Source: Azolla caroliniana (lineage: Eukaryota; Plantae; Polypodiophyta). Taken from it: a DNA stretch of 64,000 bases. Position numbers and translations under genes: made by a program. Below, in pieces: positions 60,762-64,000 of the stretch. The DNA lies in contig JBHGNT010000006.1 of assembly GCA_043228905.1 (NCBI GenBank), positions 5,084,001-5,148,000 on the forward strand, given 5' to 3'. The notes under the pieces are model-generated. The model was not told the origin of the DNA. It made no database searches and was given only the letters and a program-made list of their open reading frames with translations. The stretch's first letter is position 1. Each line of letters begins with the position of its first letter.

Positions 60762-61089
60762 AAAAAGGATAAGAAGTGAAATCTGAAAACAGGGTTTGGA
60801 ACATGATCTTGTAATCACTAATTATATGCTAATTGATATGTATGCAAATTTCCATTTCTTCTTATGAGATGGATGGAGTCATTGAAACAAGTGGGGGGAG
60901 GATGCTCTTACGTATGCATTTAGAAAAACTCCATTTCTTCTTATGTGATGGATGGAATCGTTGTTCTTCAAATCTTGCATTCAAGATGTGATTTTCATGG
61001 TCGAACACATTTGATTTAAAAGAAAGGAAAAGAAATCCATATTACCATCGCTTAGCTAGGTATCAACTTGGATATGCTCATTAGAAACA

Positions 61090-61576
61090 TTGTTCATATG
61101 TATGTTCTTACGGGCATGACCATATAATATCCCATGGTAAGAATTTACCGTAGTATTCTATACACGTGGATAAGTGTGAGGGTTAAACGAGAGTGTAAAG
61201 AAGGAGAGGATTACTTTTAATCCTCGGGATTGAGACAACCCATTAGGCCAAGTGTGAATTTGCTTGGGGGCCTTGGGTATCGCTATAAATAAGAGGCCTA
61301 GCTACCCTCATTTGATCATCTTGTTGACTACGTCGAGACTCTGTCTTGTGGTGGGTCAACTCTCGTAGCGAGCGCGCCAGCACCAGGTACAACTCAACGC
61401 CACAACAGTGGTATGGGATGCCGATCAAGGCTCGAGTCTGTTTCGATCCCTTTGCTTGGGGGTGGTTGGGTGGATCGGCACCCTTCTTTCTCTCTCTCCT
61501 TTCTATCTATCTATCGATCTTCTATCCTTATCTAATGCTTACATTAGTCTATGTCTCTAACAGTTGGTATTAGAGC
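61090..61576 (+). mobile_element. 5' LTR and tRNA-Met PBS of a further LTR element; left end uncertain
   Basis: CTATAAATA near 61283, CT-rich U5, end ...CTAACA at 61562, and TGGTATTAGAGC at 61565-61576. Confidence 0.6.
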
Positions 61577-61810
61577 TCATTTCCTAATGTTTCTTTTGTT
61601 GTCTTTTATGTTCTTGATTGATGGCGATCGATCTACATGCGGTCGGCCTTCATGCATACAAGGATCAACAAAGGAACTTCAATAATCTTTCTTGTTTTTT
61701 TTGTCTATTTTTTCTTCTCCCATCTAATCATGTGTATGGTTAATATGTAGATTTTTTTCATTAATTCAATGATGTTGTAGTGGTAATTCATTGGTTGTAT
61801 AAAACGTTTA

Positions 61811-61986
61811 CATATGTGTATGAGGTCAATACCTCATTTGACGTATATTGAATATGTGATGAGTGTCGTATGCGCACGAGGTTAATACCTCAATTGCGCA
61901 TTACGTTCACAAACATATGTTACGTTTGCGTATGAGGTCAATACCTCGATTCGTTGTAAATGATATGCATTTGGTCTTGTATGCGT
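61811..61986 (+). repeat. 56-bp-period array with a palindromic core GAGGTYAATACCTC and dissimilar spacers
   Basis: Cores start at 61822, 61878 and 61934. A fourth unit appears cut at 61986 by an LTR start. Confidence 0.7.
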
Positions 61987-62050
61987 TGTCGTGAAGATTC
62001 CGGGCCATAGGTAGAAACAAGGTGAAACGTGCAGGAACATCGGTTTACGC
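61987..62050 (+). mobile_element. Probable start of a Trp-family LTR, itself interrupted at 62051
   Basis: TGTCGTGAAGA is identical to the 5' LTR start of the 23651-30569 element. It is preceded by GCGT. Confidence 0.45.
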
Positions 62051-64000
62051 TGTCGTAGTGTATTCCACACACTACGTGAAAACCATAAAATAATATATCC
62101 GATTTTAGATACATATAAATAAATAAATAATATATCAAAAGAATTTATCACGTGCATAGGGCAAGATTCAAACCATGTACCTCCACGTAGATAAACCCCA
62201 ACTTTACCATTGTAATAACTTATCTTTAGTGTTATAAATATAGATTTAATACATATAAGACCTTTATTTACATATACCTTTATTAAAAGGTAAAAATCAT
62301 GTATTCTTTAGAGTGTGAATATTTTATTTACACGTGACATTAAAAGTGACTCATGCACATCTAGCGTGCATGAGCCCTATATTTAGGAAATGACAAAGCA
62401 TCACATGCACATTTAGTGTGCATGGACACTTTAGGTGAAAAAGCATGAAGCCATGCTTAGCCTCTTCCATCTTTATATAAGGAGGAGAGAAATATGTATA
62501 AGGTTGTTGATTAATATACAAGGATTGATCAATCTAATATATTCGTGGGATTCACGAATTTTGCCATCTAATTGCTCTTATAATCTAAATATTGTTTTTA
62601 TTACACTAAACTCGTGGGATTCACGAGATTGCTATCTTACTTCTCTTTCCACTATTCATAACTAGCCTTAAGTTGTATTCCTCTTCCTCCTAGTCAAAAA
62701 CCTCGGCGGTTCCCACCCGACTCACGCAACGATCCGGAGCCGAAGGGCACGACACAGTTGGTGAACCCGACGTGAAACCCGGGTAGCAAGGAGATGGAAA
62801 ATCAACCGGAGGCTAGCAACATGATGATGATGTTCGAGCGCATGCTACAAGAACAACGCGCGATGTCAGAGATAGCGGCATCAGTGGAGCGGCTCGTGCA
62901 ACGAAATGGGCAATTCAACGGGAAAGACGTGTCGCGGTATCTTCGGGACTACAAGGCGGAGATGCTACGGTGCGGAATATCAGAAGGACTGCAAGTGACC
63001 TCCTTCAACCGGGTGGCGACCGACGGGCTTCAAGCAAGCATCCATGGGCTACGACAGCAAAATCCGACATGGGAGGCGTTTGAAGTAGAGCTAAAGAGGA
63101 CGTTCGCCATCGAGGATTCCTCCAAGGCGACGCGAAGGGGATTCGAAGATTGGGTGGAGACGCCGGACAAGGGATTGAAGGTCGTTGATGTGTTTTCGGC
63201 ATTCGAAAGCCAGTTCGGGAGGTTGTCCACGAGAGATCAAGCTATCCTCGTACCGGACAAGGTGATCATGTTCTTGCGAGCCGTGGACGTCCGGGACCGG
63301 AAAGATCTCGGAGTGCTCTTGGAGGACATGACCACAGAGAGTGGTCTCACTGAAACATGGGATAGCGTGTGGGATATCATTGCGCGATACACGAAGAGGG
63401 GGCAATGGGTTGCCAACGAGGAAAAGAGGGTTTCAGAACTGATTCCGAAACCGAGAACCGGATTGGAAGACCATCAACCGAGGGCTCGAGAGACTACAAC
63501 CGAGAAGGGGATTGATGCATCTACGGTGGAGCAACTATTGAAGGAGATGGAGAATCTGAAGATCGCGATGGTGAAGAAGTCGGATGACCGCCCCACAAGC
63601 TCCAAGTATACGGACCGACGGTGCATATGGTGCGATAGCGCCGAACACAATCGGAGGGATTGCGACGAGCATAAGGAGGCGCTACGGCGGGATCTCATCT
63701 ACTACGAGGGAAACCGGATTCATTCGATGGACTCTCGGAAGCCACTCCGACCAAATTTCCGGAAAGGCGGCATGAAGAAGGTGCTCGAGGAGGAATTGGC
63801 GGCAAGAAGCAACTATGCGACAACCGCGGGAATATGTGTCGGGGAGTCATCGAGAGCAAAGACGTCTTTTTGGCCGGAAGTTCTAGAAAACACCGAGAAA
63901 ACCGACTCCAACGAGATCCGAAGCACCGCGGAAGGCGTCCGGGAAGCTACGGGATGGGAGTGCCCTGTCAACAAGAATAGCGTATATGCCCTGTGTCAAT
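62051..64000 (+). mobile_element. Trp-primed Ty3/gypsy element, 5' portion (LTR, PBS, gag), running off the window
   Basis: LTR at 62051-62754 (TGTCGTAG...GGCACGACA), preceded by ACGC. PBS TGGTGAACCCGACGTGAA at 62759-62776. Confidence 0.9.
62794..64000 (+). CDS. gag of the Trp-primed gypsy (partial, appears open to the window end)
   Basis: MENQPEAS...GQFNGKDVSRYLRDYKAEML aligns with GRFSEKDATKYLASYGAEML at 29.8 kb. Zinc knuckle CIWCDSAEHNRRDC near 63622. Probably missing from the ORF track because no stop falls within the window. Confidence 0.85.
   Translation, partial: MENQPEASNMMMMFERMLQEQRAMSEIAASVERLVQRNGQFNGKDVSRYLRDYKAEMLRCGISEGLQVTSFNRVATDGLQASIHGLRQQNPTWEAFEVELKRTFAIEDSSKATRRGFEDWVETPDKGLKVVDVFSAFESQFGRLSTRDQAILVPDKVIMFLRAVDVRDRKDLGVLLEDMTTESGLTETWDSVWDIIARYTKRGQWVANEEKRVSELIPKPRTGLEDHQPRARETTTEKGIDASTVEQLLKEMENLKIAMVKKSDDRPTSSKYTDRRCIWCDSAEHNRRDCDEHKEALRRDLIYYEGNRIHSMDSRKPLRPNFRKGGMKKVLEEELAARSNYATTAGICVGESSRAKTSFWPEVLENTEKTDSNEIRSTAEGVREATGWECPVNKNSVYALCQ

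Noticed and set aside
61811-61986. A true CRISPR array
   Set aside because: Eukaryotic TE context, no cas genes and only three complete 14-bp cores. Kept as a repeat finding.

Overview
This is a eukaryotic plant nuclear window, probably from a fern or other seed-free plant. That inference rests on the PLS-PPR style and on the presence of Tcn1-like and Phygy-like Ty3/gypsy elements. It is almost entirely nested retrotransposons. In order: a decayed LINE (-), a degenerate satellite, a PLS/E PPR pseudogene, then LTR remnants. Four Ty1/copia elements follow, one with an intact 1338-aa ORF, along with two Tcn1-like chromoviruses nested in each other and a ~363-bp satellite. There are also several copies of an unusual Ty3/gypsy family. 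That family has a tRNA-Trp PBS, TGTCG...CGACA LTR ends, 4-bp target duplications centred on CpG, a gag-pro/-1/pol layout and an FLDD reverse transcriptase. Main signals: (1) CpG-centred insertion by the Trp-primed family; (2) antisense tRNA-like A/B boxes with tRNA spacing at the U3 start of three LTR types; (3) a covarying self-priming PBS/R pair, a -1 frameshift signal and heat-shock elements in the chromoviruses; (4) a 56-bp-period palindromic repeat/variable-spacer mini-array in a retrotransposon leader. No intact host gene was found. All coordinates and comparisons were read by eye.
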